A stretch of DNA of 63,149 nt, counting the filler, from Octopus bimaculoides (lineage: Eukaryota): the NCBI RefSeq assembly GCF_001194135.2. It is 4 parts of 4 records of this genome, joined end to end, with 100 filler letters (N's around TTAATTAATTAA, not from the genome) between each part and the next. Parts side by side here need not be neighbours in the genome. Positions count along the whole stretch, not along the records: positions 43,337 to 57,114 come from NC_068982.1; positions 57,215 to 63,149 come from NC_068993.1; 2 more parts are not named here. The stretch is one strand, 5' to 3'. Numbering within the stretch: position 1 is the stretch's first letter; each line of letters starts with the position of its first letter. A program made the position numbers and the translations under genes. The notes under the pieces are model-generated. The model had not been told where the DNA came from. It searched no databases and saw nothing but the letters and a program-made list of their open reading frames with translations. Shown one piece after another: positions 51,965 to 63,149 of the stretch.

Positions 51965-52332
51965 TTTCTTTTATTCTTTTATTTGTTTCAGTCATTCGAC
52001 TGTGGCCATACTGGAACACTACCTTTAGTCGAGCAAATCAACCCCAGGACTTATTCTTTGTAAGCCTAGTACTTATTCTATCGATCTATTTTGCCGAACC
52101 ATTCAGTTACAGGGACGTAAACACACCAATGTCGATTGTCAAGGGATGTTGGGAGGGGGGACAAACACAGACCCACAAATACACACACACACACATATCT
52201 ACCAAATCCACTCACAAGGCTTTGGTCGGTCCGAGGCTATAGTAGAAGACACTTGCCCAAGGTGCCACGCAGTGGGACTGAACTAGGAACCATGTGGTTG
52301 GTAAGCAAGCTATTTACCACACAGCCACTCCT
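51965..52332 (-). mobile_element. SINE family A (internally deleted)
   Basis: Same blocks as 3319-3720. Other partial A copies at 27652-27935, 33404-33700, 38724-39596, 57037-57114, 58912-59060 and 61520-61720. Confidence 0.8.
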
Positions 52333-52949
52333 ATAAAGGATATATAAAAAAAGACTATATAAAAGAATATATTAAAAAATTGTAAAGAATATAAAATATA
52401 TAAAAGTATAAGAACTATAAAAATAAGAAATAAAAGAATATAAAAATATAAGAAAAATATAGAAAAAATATAGAAAAATATAAAATTAATGTTAGTGTTT
52501 GGTCGTGTTTAGTCTGGGACCTCGTCTTTGACCTTGCCGTCATGGTTGGCTCAACCAGGAGTCTAGGACTCAAGACGGTATCGCTCTCAGGATCAATGGA
52601 ACACACAAGCTCTTCCACCACGACAAAAATATATAAAAAAATTATAAAGGTATATATGTATAGAAAAGGTCATAGCAAGATCTTTATAATAAATAAAGAG
52701 ATATAAAATGATATAAAAAAAAATGATATGAAAGATATATAAGAAATTATAAAGGTATATATATGTATAGAAAAAATTATAACGATCTTTATTTTAAATA
52801 AAGAGACAGAGATAAAGATAAATATGCCAGAATTTAATATGAATAAAGCTAAAAGTGAAAAAGGGTTTTACAAGTGTATACAATAAAAATACATTTAAAA
52901 AAAAGTAATAATAGATCTTAGATGGATATATTGTGTACTTAGGGGAGGT

Positions 52950-54110
52950 GCGAGATATACTACTAATAAAGATATAAACATATTTTTATCACCATATATG
53001 AAAGGAATTGATTTAGGAAATGGGTAGATACATATTGTTATAATCAAAAGGGTGTAAATTTTCTGGGTTATAACATTTTAAATTATATATAATTATTTCC
53101 TAGTTTCAGACATAGAATAATTATTTCAACTCAAAGGTTATATTAAGTCAAATCACGAGAGAGTGCCATAAGTATGATTTGCCAAAGGAATACTAGATCT
53201 AGTTGATTATATAAGTATTATTAAAGGTAACCAGCAATGTGAATGCCGATATGCTAAAAAGTATATTTAAAAATCTGGTATTTAAAGATTGTAAAAAAAT
53301 TGTCAAAATTTACTGTGGGTTACAATGATTCAACAAAAGATCTTCATAGATAATGATGTACTGCTAGCTTTATGTCTTAGTCGAAAGGATAAAGGGTAGA
53401 AATTCAAGAGCACCCGGTATGTATAAAGTTATTAGTTGTTGTCATAACTGTACATTTGTATATAACATTATTTGCTAAACATCGACCTAATAACGGGTAA
53501 TGGGATTTTTCTCTACAATTGCAATTGCCATTATTATTATTAGTTTTTCTCATCTTATTATTAATAATTATAGCGTCATCATTCAGGGTACAGTTAAGAT
53601 TCATAGAATTATTATCATGGATTACGTCTCCACTACTTGTAATTAGTATTATTATTTATATTTGTATTTACCCTCAAGTCTTGGATTGTATCGCTAGGGG
53701 TTATGTAATCACTGTGTGAGGAGTGCATGTGGGATATAGAGGGTGCCTCCGGTGGTCCATTCGTTCTACTAATATTATCTATCATGTCTGCATTATAACT
53801 GGCTGAAGCGGGGTTCGCTGTGTTATGATTAGTAGTAGTGATATTTAAATCATTAAGATTATTAGAGTCGTTGTTAGGGGTTAATCTACTATTACTATTA
53901 TCATTATCAATCCTACGGGCTATTGTTATATTTTTCCTGTTCAGGAGAGCTATTATCGTATACCCAGATTCGGAAGGGTGATATTCTTACGGGAGAAAAG
54001 TATGCTATATTTATGTGAAGCTGGAAAATGTTTCTCCGATATCGCCAGAATTTTTCTATATGGATAAGTAGTTATTACGTAAATGAAAAGATTATACCAG
54101 ACTATATCAT
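52950..54110 (-). mobile_element. Decayed Penelope-like element (linker + GIY-YIG endonuclease)
   Basis: Minus strand gives EKHFPASHKYSILFSRKNI and NCNCREKSHYPLLGRCLANNVIYKCTV, matching the PLE KHFPxxHKxxKIFNRNN and CNCRxxxxCPLxGxCLxxNVIY signatures. Confidence 0.75.
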
Positions 54111-54206
54111 TATTCTTAGTATTCCGATTTTTACTAATATATATATATATATATACATTAAATGTCCACGCTAGTGATCAACGTCATATATAAAAAAAAA
54201 TTTAAA

Positions 54207-54290
<84 letters not shown>

Positions 54291-54346
54291 CAGATATTAG
54301 TAAAAATCGAAATACTAAGAATAATGATATAGTCTGGCATAATCTT
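54088..54346. repeat. 53-bp inverted repeat flanking (TA)n/(TAGA)n
   Basis: 54088-54140 and 54294-54346 are reverse complements at 51/53 positions. Confidence 0.9.
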
Positions 54347-56017
54347 CCTTTCATTTGCGCAATAACAATTGCGCAATATATATCTATATGTTTACATACA
54401 CACACACACATATACACGCGCGTGCACACACACACACACATACACACGTACACACACACACACACTCGTATATATGTATATATAAACTTACATATACATA
54501 TTGGTCTTACATATTGGACCAAAAATTTTGAAGCTCAACTGGTACTTATTTTATCGACTGCGAAAGGGCGAAAGGCAAAGCTGAGCTCGGCGAAATTTGA
54601 ACTCAGAACATTTTGCCACGATTGCTAACGATTCTGCTAGTTCGTCCCCTTATGTACATATAAATATTACTGGCCCTCCATCGAATACGTTGGCGAGGAT
54701 TCCAGTTGATCCGATCAACGGAAAATCCTGCTCATGAAATTAACGTGCATGTGGTTGTGCACTCTAGAGACATGCGTACCTTTAACATGGTTCTCAGGGA
54801 GTTTCAACGTCACAAGAATGACCCTTTACAACTCGTTTTTGTCAGTTGAGTAGACTGGAGCAACATGAAATAAAGAGTCTTGTTCAAGGACACAACGCGC
54901 TACCGAGAATCGATCTCATGTCCGTACGATCGTGAATGAATACCCTAACCACTAAGCCACGCGCCTTCACATATACACACTAAATTATATGCAGTCATTC
55001 ACATGCACTGTTCTACAAGTATATACGCTTGATTAGAAGCATCACAGAAGCATTCGCACGCACGCTCTCGTATACACCAAACATGCATACAGAGAAACAC
55101 ATGCACGTATGCATGAACCCACACACATACGCATGTATACACACGTGCATTGACGCGTACACATAAAAATATATACTCCCACACAGTCCACATGTACGTA
55201 ATGTTTTCAATAGATACCTGACTTTGAAAAAGAACAACCTCAACGTCAGACTAGAAATTTATTGGATTTTTTTTTGTTTGTTTTTGCCGCTTACATTTTC
55301 TTGATGCAGCTTTGTTGCAGTAAAAGTAGTCGTGGTTGTTGCTGCAATTGTTCTTATGTAGTCTTCCTTATTGTTGATTTAAAGGCACACTTCATTTCAA
55401 TGGGACATCTAATTGCTCCACTTTGCGACCTGTGTCTCTAAAAATTGACAGATTACGTAAAAAATGGATTTCAAAGTATTACGAAAGGAAACCAAAGCTC
55501 CGGTTACCAACATAATATAAATGCATTCTTCTAAACACCTCATACAATTAAATCCTTCCTCTTCCTTTTCTTCTCCTTTCAGTTGTTTTATTTCTTTGAA
55601 CTCTATCAACTCCATTATTTCATAAATATTCAGTACAATTCTTATTGTATTGCTTTCATGTCTTACATTGAGTTGTATGTTTATTGTTTCGTTCCTGTCA
55701 CAATGGTCGCAGCGAGCTGGCAGAATGGTTAGCACGCCGGAGAAAATGCTTAGCAGTATTTCATCCGTCTTTACTTTCTGCGTTCAAATTTCGCCGAGGA
55801 CAATTTTGTCTTTCATTCTTTCAGGGTTGATAAAATAAGTACAAGTCAAGTACTAGGATCGATAATCAACTACCACTTCCCCCAAAATTTCAGGCCTTGT
55901 GCCAATAGTAGAAAGAATTATTTTAGCCGGGCCAATTGAATCTATCATGTTTGTGAACAAGAACATCTAAAAATCAATGTCAATCTGCCAAGCATGAACG
56001 ATACTACAAATATAAAT

Positions 56018-56390
56018 GTTGTTGGCACTCCGTCGCTTACGACGTCGAGGGTTCCAGCTGATCCGATCAACGGAACAGCCTGCTCGTGAAATTAACGTGC
56101 AAGTGGCTGACCACTCCACAGACACGTGTACCCTTAACGTAATTCTCGGGGATATTCAGCGTGACAAGGCTGACCCTTTGAATTACAGGTACAACAGAAA
56201 CAGGAAGAAAGTGTGAGAAAAAATGGTGGCGGAAGAGTACAGCAGGGTTCGCCACCATCCCCTGCCGGAGCCTCGCGGAGCTTTAGGTGTTTTCGCTCAA
56301 TAAACACTCACAACGCCCGGTCTGGGAATCGAAACCGCGATCTTATGACCGCGAGACCGCTGCCCTAACCACTGGGCCATTGCGCCTTCA
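56018..56390 (-). mobile_element. SINE family C, full copy
   Basis: Reverse complement of 45864-46243 with high identity. Confidence 0.88.
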
Positions 56391-57003
56391 CACAAATATA
56401 AATATATCGAGAAAGATTATCTGCAAACTCACTAAATAGGCGTGGGTGGGGGGAACCCAAAGTTATACTGCCGTCCCAATAGTTTAAAGCTCCTTTGTTG
56501 ATAGTCTTAACCCTATTTAGTTTTTATCTTTTGGTCAGGAAGGTGGGTAGTCCCTGGGCAGTGCCTATGACCTTTTCCAGGTACACTAGGACTACAAGAC
56601 AACAACACATACACACACACGCGCACACACAAGCACACATGCATACGAACATATAAAACATTTTGTAGAAGAAATGTAAATGGAGGTGCGTGCTAGGTGC
56701 ATCTTAGTATGTCTTGCCTAAACTGGTTTCAAATAATGTGGTGTATCTACAGCGCCTCTAGTTTACCCTAAATCGATATTTGACTAAGGTGATCATATCG
56801 ATTAAACTTTTTATACGTCTGTTTTTTTTAAAAAATCACCAAGCGCGTACGAGCATAATCCACGATTCCAATAACATCCGCACATGCACACTTATACTAG
56901 CATACACACATGTACACACATATGCATACATTAGCTTACGTATATGTACATATATGTGTATGTGCGTACTGTATGCGCGCGCGCGTGTTTGTAAGTATGC
57001 ATA

Positions 57004-57035
<32 letters not shown>

Positions 57036-57489
57036 CTCTTTTCTCTTTACTCTTTTACTTGTTTCAGTCATTTGACTGTGGCCATGCTGGAGCACCGCCT
57101 TTACTCGAGCAAATNNNNNNNNNNNNNNNNNNNNNNNNNNNNNNNNNNNNNNNNNNNNTTAATTAATTAANNNNNNNNNNNNNNNNNNNNNNNNNNNNNN
57201 NNNNNNNNNNNNNNTATATATATATATATATATATATGCATGCGTATAGCTACATGTATATCTATTTGTATATATGTATACATACATACCTACACACAGA
57301 GAAACACACAGAGAAACACACACACATGTATGTATGTATGTATGTATATATACATACATACGTACATACATACATACATACATACATGCATACATACATA
57401 CGTACGTACGTACGTACATGCGTACGTACATACGTACGTACATACGAATATACATAAGTACATGCATATGGGCAATAACACTACAGACT

Positions 57490-57945
57490 AGTCCAAACTT
57501 TTTATAGATTATATTGTATGTTCCGGGCATCTGTTTTTCGTTGCCACACGAAGTTCAAGGATGGTACAGAGGGCGTGAGAGACGATGAGAGGTATGAGAG
57601 TGGGAGGGACATCAGAACATTAGAGCTGATTCAGAAGATACGCAATTATCTGGTTGACGACCGTCGTGTGTCTAAAAAGACAATGAAGGTATGAACAATT
57701 TGAAGTTTGGGAATCAACTGTGCACAGAAGTTTTCCTGAAGATCTGAACATGCGCAAAATTTGTGCAATGTTTGTGCACTGGGTACTCAGTGACGAACAA
57801 AAGAAAAGATGCATTGGTGACAGCAGGGAAATGGTTGAGCTAATTACCTCTAATCTCAGGATACTTCAATCTCTAGTGACCTGTGACGAAAGGTGTATCT
57901 GCTGTTATGATCCAGCGATCAAGAGACAGAGCGCTCTTGGAAGCA
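57490..57945 (+). mobile_element. Mariner (Tc1/mariner) transposase pseudogene fragment
   Basis: SVFRCHTKFKDG..GVRDDER and EDLNMRKICAMFVHWVLSDEQKKR...LVTCDERCICCYDPAIKRQS match mariner WVPxxL, TGDETW and YDPETKxQS motifs. Confidence 0.85.
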
Positions 57946-57964
57946 TCCTGGCTCACGCAGGTGC

Positions 57965-57995
<31 letters not shown>

Positions 57996-58228
57996 GCATG
58001 TATGCATACATACACTTATATACATACATTTATGTATATATATGTGCGTGTGAGTGTGTGTGTATATGTAGCTACATATATTCTATGTCAGCACCATATT
58101 AGTATCAGCTTATTAGCAAAAATAACTGTGGCTGGGCTGCATATATTGTTTAATCCCTTTGTTTTGGGTTATCGTTAAACACTTCTTTTGTCGATCACCA
58201 CGGCTGTGGAATCTACGTACACAGCAAG

Positions 58229-58400
58229 ATGTATGCAAAAAAGCTAACGAGTGAAATTGAAAAGAGTAGTGCGAAAGGGAACCGTACAAAGATTACACTG
58301 GACATGGAATTTCATGATTTAAAAAGGCTTGAGGCAGGAGAAAATATTAGTAACATTGGTAAAATATTAAAGCTTTCAAAATTTATAGAGAGAAAAGTGA
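58229..58400 (+). mobile_element. Tigger/pogo transposase N-terminal HTH fragment
   Basis: KGNRTKITLDMEFHDLKRLEAGENISNIGKILKLS resembles the CENP-B-like KRxRKxITLxxKxxIIKRxExGE motif. Confidence 0.6.
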
Positions 58401-59061
58401 ATCAGTGCTCAAGAACCTACTCAATTAATTTCATGTATCTTATTTTTCATACATCAAATATTATATCTACACACACACACATATATATGTGTGTATGTAA
58501 GTATATATATATATAANNNNNNNNNNNNNNNNNNNNNNNNNNNNNNNNNNNNNNNNNNNNNNNNNNNNNNNNNNNNNNNNNNNNNNNNNNNNNNNNNNNN
58601 NNNNNNNNNNNNNNNNNNNNNNNNNNNNNNNNNNNNNNNNNNNNNNNNNNNNNNNNNNNNNNNNNNNNNNNNNNNNNNNNNNNNNNNNNNNNNNNNNNNN
58701 NNNNNNNNNNNNNNNNNNNNNNNNNNNNNNNNNNNNNNNNNNNNNNNNNNNNNNNNNNNNNNNNNNNNNNNNNNNNNNNNNNNNNNNNNNNNNNNNNNNN
58801 NNNNNNNNNNNNNNNNNNNNNNNNNNNNNNNNNNNNNNNNNNNNNNNNNNNNNNNNNNNNNNNNNNNNNNNNNNNNNNNNNNNATATATTTATATATATA
58901 TACATATATGTGACGGGCTTCTTTCAGTTTCCGTCTTCCAAATTCACTGACAAGGCTTTGGTCGGCCCGAGGCTATAGTAGAAGACACTTGCCCAAGGTG
59001 CCACGCAGTGGGACTGAACCTGGCACCATGTGGTTGGTAAGCAAGCTACTTACCACACAGT

Positions 59062-59093
<32 letters not shown>

Positions 59094-61032
59094 CACACAT
59101 GCACACACACACATACACACATACATATTGATATAAACACATACACAGGCACGTTTGCACTTATAACCACGCCCGCACACATAAGCACATTTACACTTAT
59201 ACACAGTATGTGTGTCTACAGGTGTGTATGTGTGTGAGTGTGTGTGTGAGCTATTGCATATGATCTGAATATAAGTAGAAAAGGTAAAAGACAAGCGTTT
59301 GCAAGTGAAGGGGTCGAAGAAGATGGAGATTGAAAAGGGAGCGGTTCATGATGTTGATGAAGAGTTAAAAAAAGAACAAAGGATGAATAAACAGGCGAAG
59401 GAGAAAAAGTTGTAGTAGTAGCAGCAGCAGCAGTAGTAGTAGTAGTGGTGGTAAAGGCAGAGTCATAGGTTTATTATGTGTAGTTGAAGTCAATATGTGA
59501 GGTGGCCAAAGATTTAATTAAAAGAAAGCAGGCTGAGCCATCAGTTAATCTGGCAACTTATATGCAGAAGGATTGGTAGGAGTTGAGGAAGAAAATGGTG
59601 GCGAAAATGTTTCTCTCTCTCTCTTTTTTTTTTCTTTTTTGTAGTTAGGGCGAGATGAGGGTGAGATCATGATGAGTTCATAATTAACATGTTGTGACTG
59701 ATAATGGTGATGATGGTGATGACGATTACAACTACAGTAATAGTGATAGCGGCGATGACGATGATGATGGCGATGATGCTAATGATGAAAATGATGACAC
59801 CGACGACATCGACGACTACGACGATAATGACGGTAGGACTAGTTTTCGTCGCACCATGATATTTATTTTGTTCTTAATACAGCATGTCCAAAAGAGAAGC
59901 TTATATCAACACAAGTACCAGAACAACTGGTATATCAACAATATATAAACATTAAATATGATGCATATATATATATATATANNNNNNNNNNNNNNNNNNN
60001 NNNNNNNNNNNNNNNNNNNNNNNNNNNNNNNNNNNNNNNNNNNNNNNNNNNNNNNNNNNNNNNNNNNNNNNNNNNNNNNNNNNNNNNNNNNNNNNNNNNN
60101 NNNNNNNNNNNNNNNNNNNNNNNNNNNNNNNNNNNNNNNNNNNNNNNNNNNNNNNNNNNNNNNNNNNNNNNNNNNNNNNNNNNNNNNNNNNNNNNNNNNN
60201 NNNNNNNNNNNNNNNNNNNNNNNNNNNNNNNNNNNNNNNNNNNNNNNNNNNNNNNNNNNNNNNNNNNNNNNNNNNNNNNNNNNNNNNNNNNNNNNNNNNN
60301 NNNNNNNNNNNNNNNNNNNNNNNNNNNNNNNNNNNNNNNNNNNNNNNNNNNNNNNNNNNNNNNNNNNNNNNNNNNNNNNNNNNNNNNNNNNNNNNNNNNN
60401 NNNNNNNNNNNNNNNNNNNNNNNNNNNNNNNNNNNNNNNNNNNNNNNNNNNNNNNNNNNNNNNNNNNNNNNNNNNNNNNNNNNNNNNNNNNNNNNNNNNN
60501 NNNNNNNNNNNNNNNNNNNNNNNNNNNNNNNNNNNNNNNNNNNNNNNNNNNNNNNNNNNNNNNNNNNNNNNNNNNNNNNNNNNNNNNNNNNNNNNNNNNN
60601 NNNNNNNNNNNNNNNNNNNNNNNNNNNNNNNNNNNNNNNNNNNNNNNNNNNNNNNNNNNNNNNNNNNNNNNNNNNNNNNNNNNNNNNNNNNNNNNNNNNN
60701 NNNNNNNNNNNNNNNNNNNNNNNNNNNNNNNNNNNNNNNNNNNNNNNNNNNNNNNNNNNNNNNNNNNNNNNNNNNNNNNNNNNNNNNNNNNNNNNNNNNN
60801 NNNNNNNNNNNNNNNNNNNNNNNNNNNNNNNNNNNNNNNNNNNNNNNNNNNNNNNNNNNNNNNNNNTATATAAATATAGGTATATTTACACCATTGTCAA
60901 AAGCAAGAAATTTTCTCTGTGACAAAGCACAATGAATGACTTGTTTATTCGTCTAAACGTGCCATAAGCATATTCGAACTGGTAATGACATTGCATTTAT
61001 GCATATCACTACTTAACGTTTCTACTTCATGT

Positions 61033-61083
<51 letters not shown>

Positions 61084-61338
61084 GTGTGTGTGTGTGTGTT
61101 TGTATTAGCAATAACTTTCTCACTGATAATACTTTACTTGTGTATTGCAAAAATGTCTTTTGTTCCAAAGTAAATTGCACTTTATATTGGGGGCTCCGAC
61201 GAGGCTATAGGATGTAATTCAGGTGCTTAACTAAGAGTTCACTGTATCTCGTAGCAAAAACAGCTGTAAGCTAATGAAGTTCATAGCACAACCATTGTTT
61301 GTTTTTCTATCTTCTTACTATCTTCTTATATACCTACA

Positions 61339-61500
61339 TACACAGGGGATGCTGCAAAATCCCCTGGCTTTGAGTAAAAAAAAAATACAGGAATTATGAT
61401 CTTATTCAACATATATTCTCCTCTCAGCGGTCCTTCAGTTTTTCTAATCCCTGTAAAAGAACTCGGAAGGTTGAGCCTCCAGCCTGGTCTTTCACGACAC
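61339..61500 (-). mobile_element. Mariner 3' terminus
   Basis: TA + TIR cacaggggatgctgcaaaatcccctggctt. Minus strand agaggagaata(ta)tgttgaataa approximates the transposase end RGEYVE*. Confidence 0.6.
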
Positions 61501-61769
61501 CCTTATATTTATATATTCTTTTATTCTATTACATGTTTCAGTCATTTGACTGCAGCCATGCTGAAGCGCCACTTTGAAATGTTTTTGTCGAACAATTCGG
61601 CCTCGAGGACTTATTTTTAAGCCTAGTACTTAATATATCAGGCCCTTTGCCGAACCGTTAAGTTACGAGAACATAAGCACACCAACACCAGTTTTTCAAG
61701 CGACGATGGGGGAACAAAATAAGCACACATAGATACGCGCGCGCGCTCACGCACACACATACACACGCG

Positions 61770-61822
<53 letters not shown>

Positions 61823-61891
61823 GATAAATAAAATGAGACAACGAAGCCAAAGCTGTGTGGAATTTTCAGGACATTTATAAAGAGAAAGTTA

Positions 61892-61939
61892 GTCTTACAT
61901 CTGTTTCTGGGATATTAGGGATATCCCTTCATCAGAGAC
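61892..61939 (-). ncRNA. Minimal type I hammerhead ribozyme motif (PLE-LTR type)
   Basis: Minus strand GTCT-CTGATGA-A GGGATAT cccta ATATCCC A-GAAA-C agat G-TA-AGAC. Core intact, GUA triplet, stem I GTCT/AGAC, 7-bp stem II preceded by an A-A mismatch. Confidence 0.72.
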
Positions 61940-62328
61940 GACGTGTGATGGTTAAATAGAGGGAAATATTAGAGTTCAATATAAGGAGTTATTTTAGAAA
62001 AGGAAGCAAATAAAGTGTATATAGGGAAATAGGAGAATGAATGTAGAGACCGACAATGCAGAATGAGACCACTGACCGACCCACTCTATGCTATACAAGA
62101 ACGAGAGAACATACGAGGGAGGACTGAAATGTTCATAGCTGTAAGGGTATCGCGAAAGGTCTCTTTAGAAGTCCAACTTTCCGATTTCTTTTACAGGGCT
62201 AAAAAAAAAAAAAAACTGAAGGACCACTGCAATAAGTGTGTGAATCTGTGAATCAGTTGAATAAAATCCTAACTGATTCTCCTGTATTTTCTTTTACCCG
62301 AAGCCAGAAACTTTCCAGCACGCCCTCA

Positions 62329-62374
<46 letters not shown>

Positions 62375-62513
62375 AGAGATGGGGGAATGGGTGTTAGTTT
62401 GAAGTCGTGAAGTTTGCATAGCAACCTTGTGATTGTAACTTTTGAATCTACTGCATGGCACCTTGGTCAATTATCTTCTATGGTTGTTCAATATGTATAT
62501 CTGTAAGCGTATA

Positions 62514-62609
62514 TACGAGGGGCTGAGGGATGAAAAGTTCCTGACTTGAAGGGTATCCTCCCGCATTTTGTTTTATCCAAAGCCAGGGATTTTTCAGCAC
62601 CCCCTTGTA
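62514..62609. mobile_element. ~92-bp mariner-derived MITE with TA TSD
   Basis: TA-cgagggg..gatgaaaagttcctgactt ... aagccagggatttttcagcacccccttg-TA. TIRs resemble the mariner end at 61341. Confidence 0.6.
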
Positions 62610-63149
62610 CACATAGATATCCTATTGGTAGACGGGGGCACTTCCGTGACCATGTTTGTAGTTGATTAAGCCTGTATTTGAGAAGCAGCCTCAACCATGC
62701 TCGTCACACTAAAGAGACTTTCAGGGAGAGGGTTCACAACCTCTATGTATTTACCAGAACATTTCAACTCAGTGTATACAACCCTGTTGTTCCTGAATTC
62801 TTCAGTACTAGTGGCAATCAGATTCCTCCACAACTTTTTATCTGATATAAGATCTTTCTCGGTCCTCAATACTATTTTTTTTTGTCGTTGTTTTAAATAT
62901 GTCTTTAAGGTTGCCTTTGAAACACTCCTATGGCTTGCATTGGAGCTATTTTCCTTGCTAGAATGTTCGTATCCTTTTAGACTTACCAAGATACACACAT
63001 CCTGAGCGGCGTACACACACACACACACGCACACACCACGTATACACACACACTCACACACCACGTATATACACGCACACACATGCACACTCACACACGT
63101 TTATAAAGACAGACAAAGGTACACACATACGTACGCATATATATATATA

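Noticed and set aside
1-63149. CRISPR array, operon or prokaryotic defence system
   Set aside because: No regularly spaced repeat-spacer array or prokaryote-like gene cluster; recurring sequences are dispersed SINEs.

Overview
AT-rich, microsatellite-saturated, gapped animal genomic DNA. The SINE families, GC-rich expanded 28S fragment and repeat landscape suggest a coleoid cephalopod, probably Octopus (inference). The only confidently identified host gene is the 3' end of an axonemal dynein heavy chain (DNAH10-like; last two coding exons 1347-1492 and 4138-4284, + strand). Two exon-like segments (24158-24437 and 46543-46841) have compatible splice phase and may encode a small single-pass membrane protein. 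Most of the rest is repeats: three tRNA-head SINE families (dozens of copies), a hAT MITE with a perfect 8-bp TSD, and decayed mariner, Tigger, Penelope-like GIY-YIG, CR1 and RLE-type LINE fragments. There is also a disrupted ORF1/Gag-like zinc-knuckle ORF and a 28S rRNA pseudogene fragment with a long GC-rich insertion. The most interesting items are minimal hammerhead-ribozyme motifs (19847-19887 +, 61892-61939 -), a 49-bp near-perfect hairpin (31148-31256) and an intronic inverted repeat just upstream of the dynein exon. The N-run/TTAATTAATTAA blocks are assembly artefacts. No CRISPR or prokaryotic system is visible. Repeat-copy boundaries are approximate.
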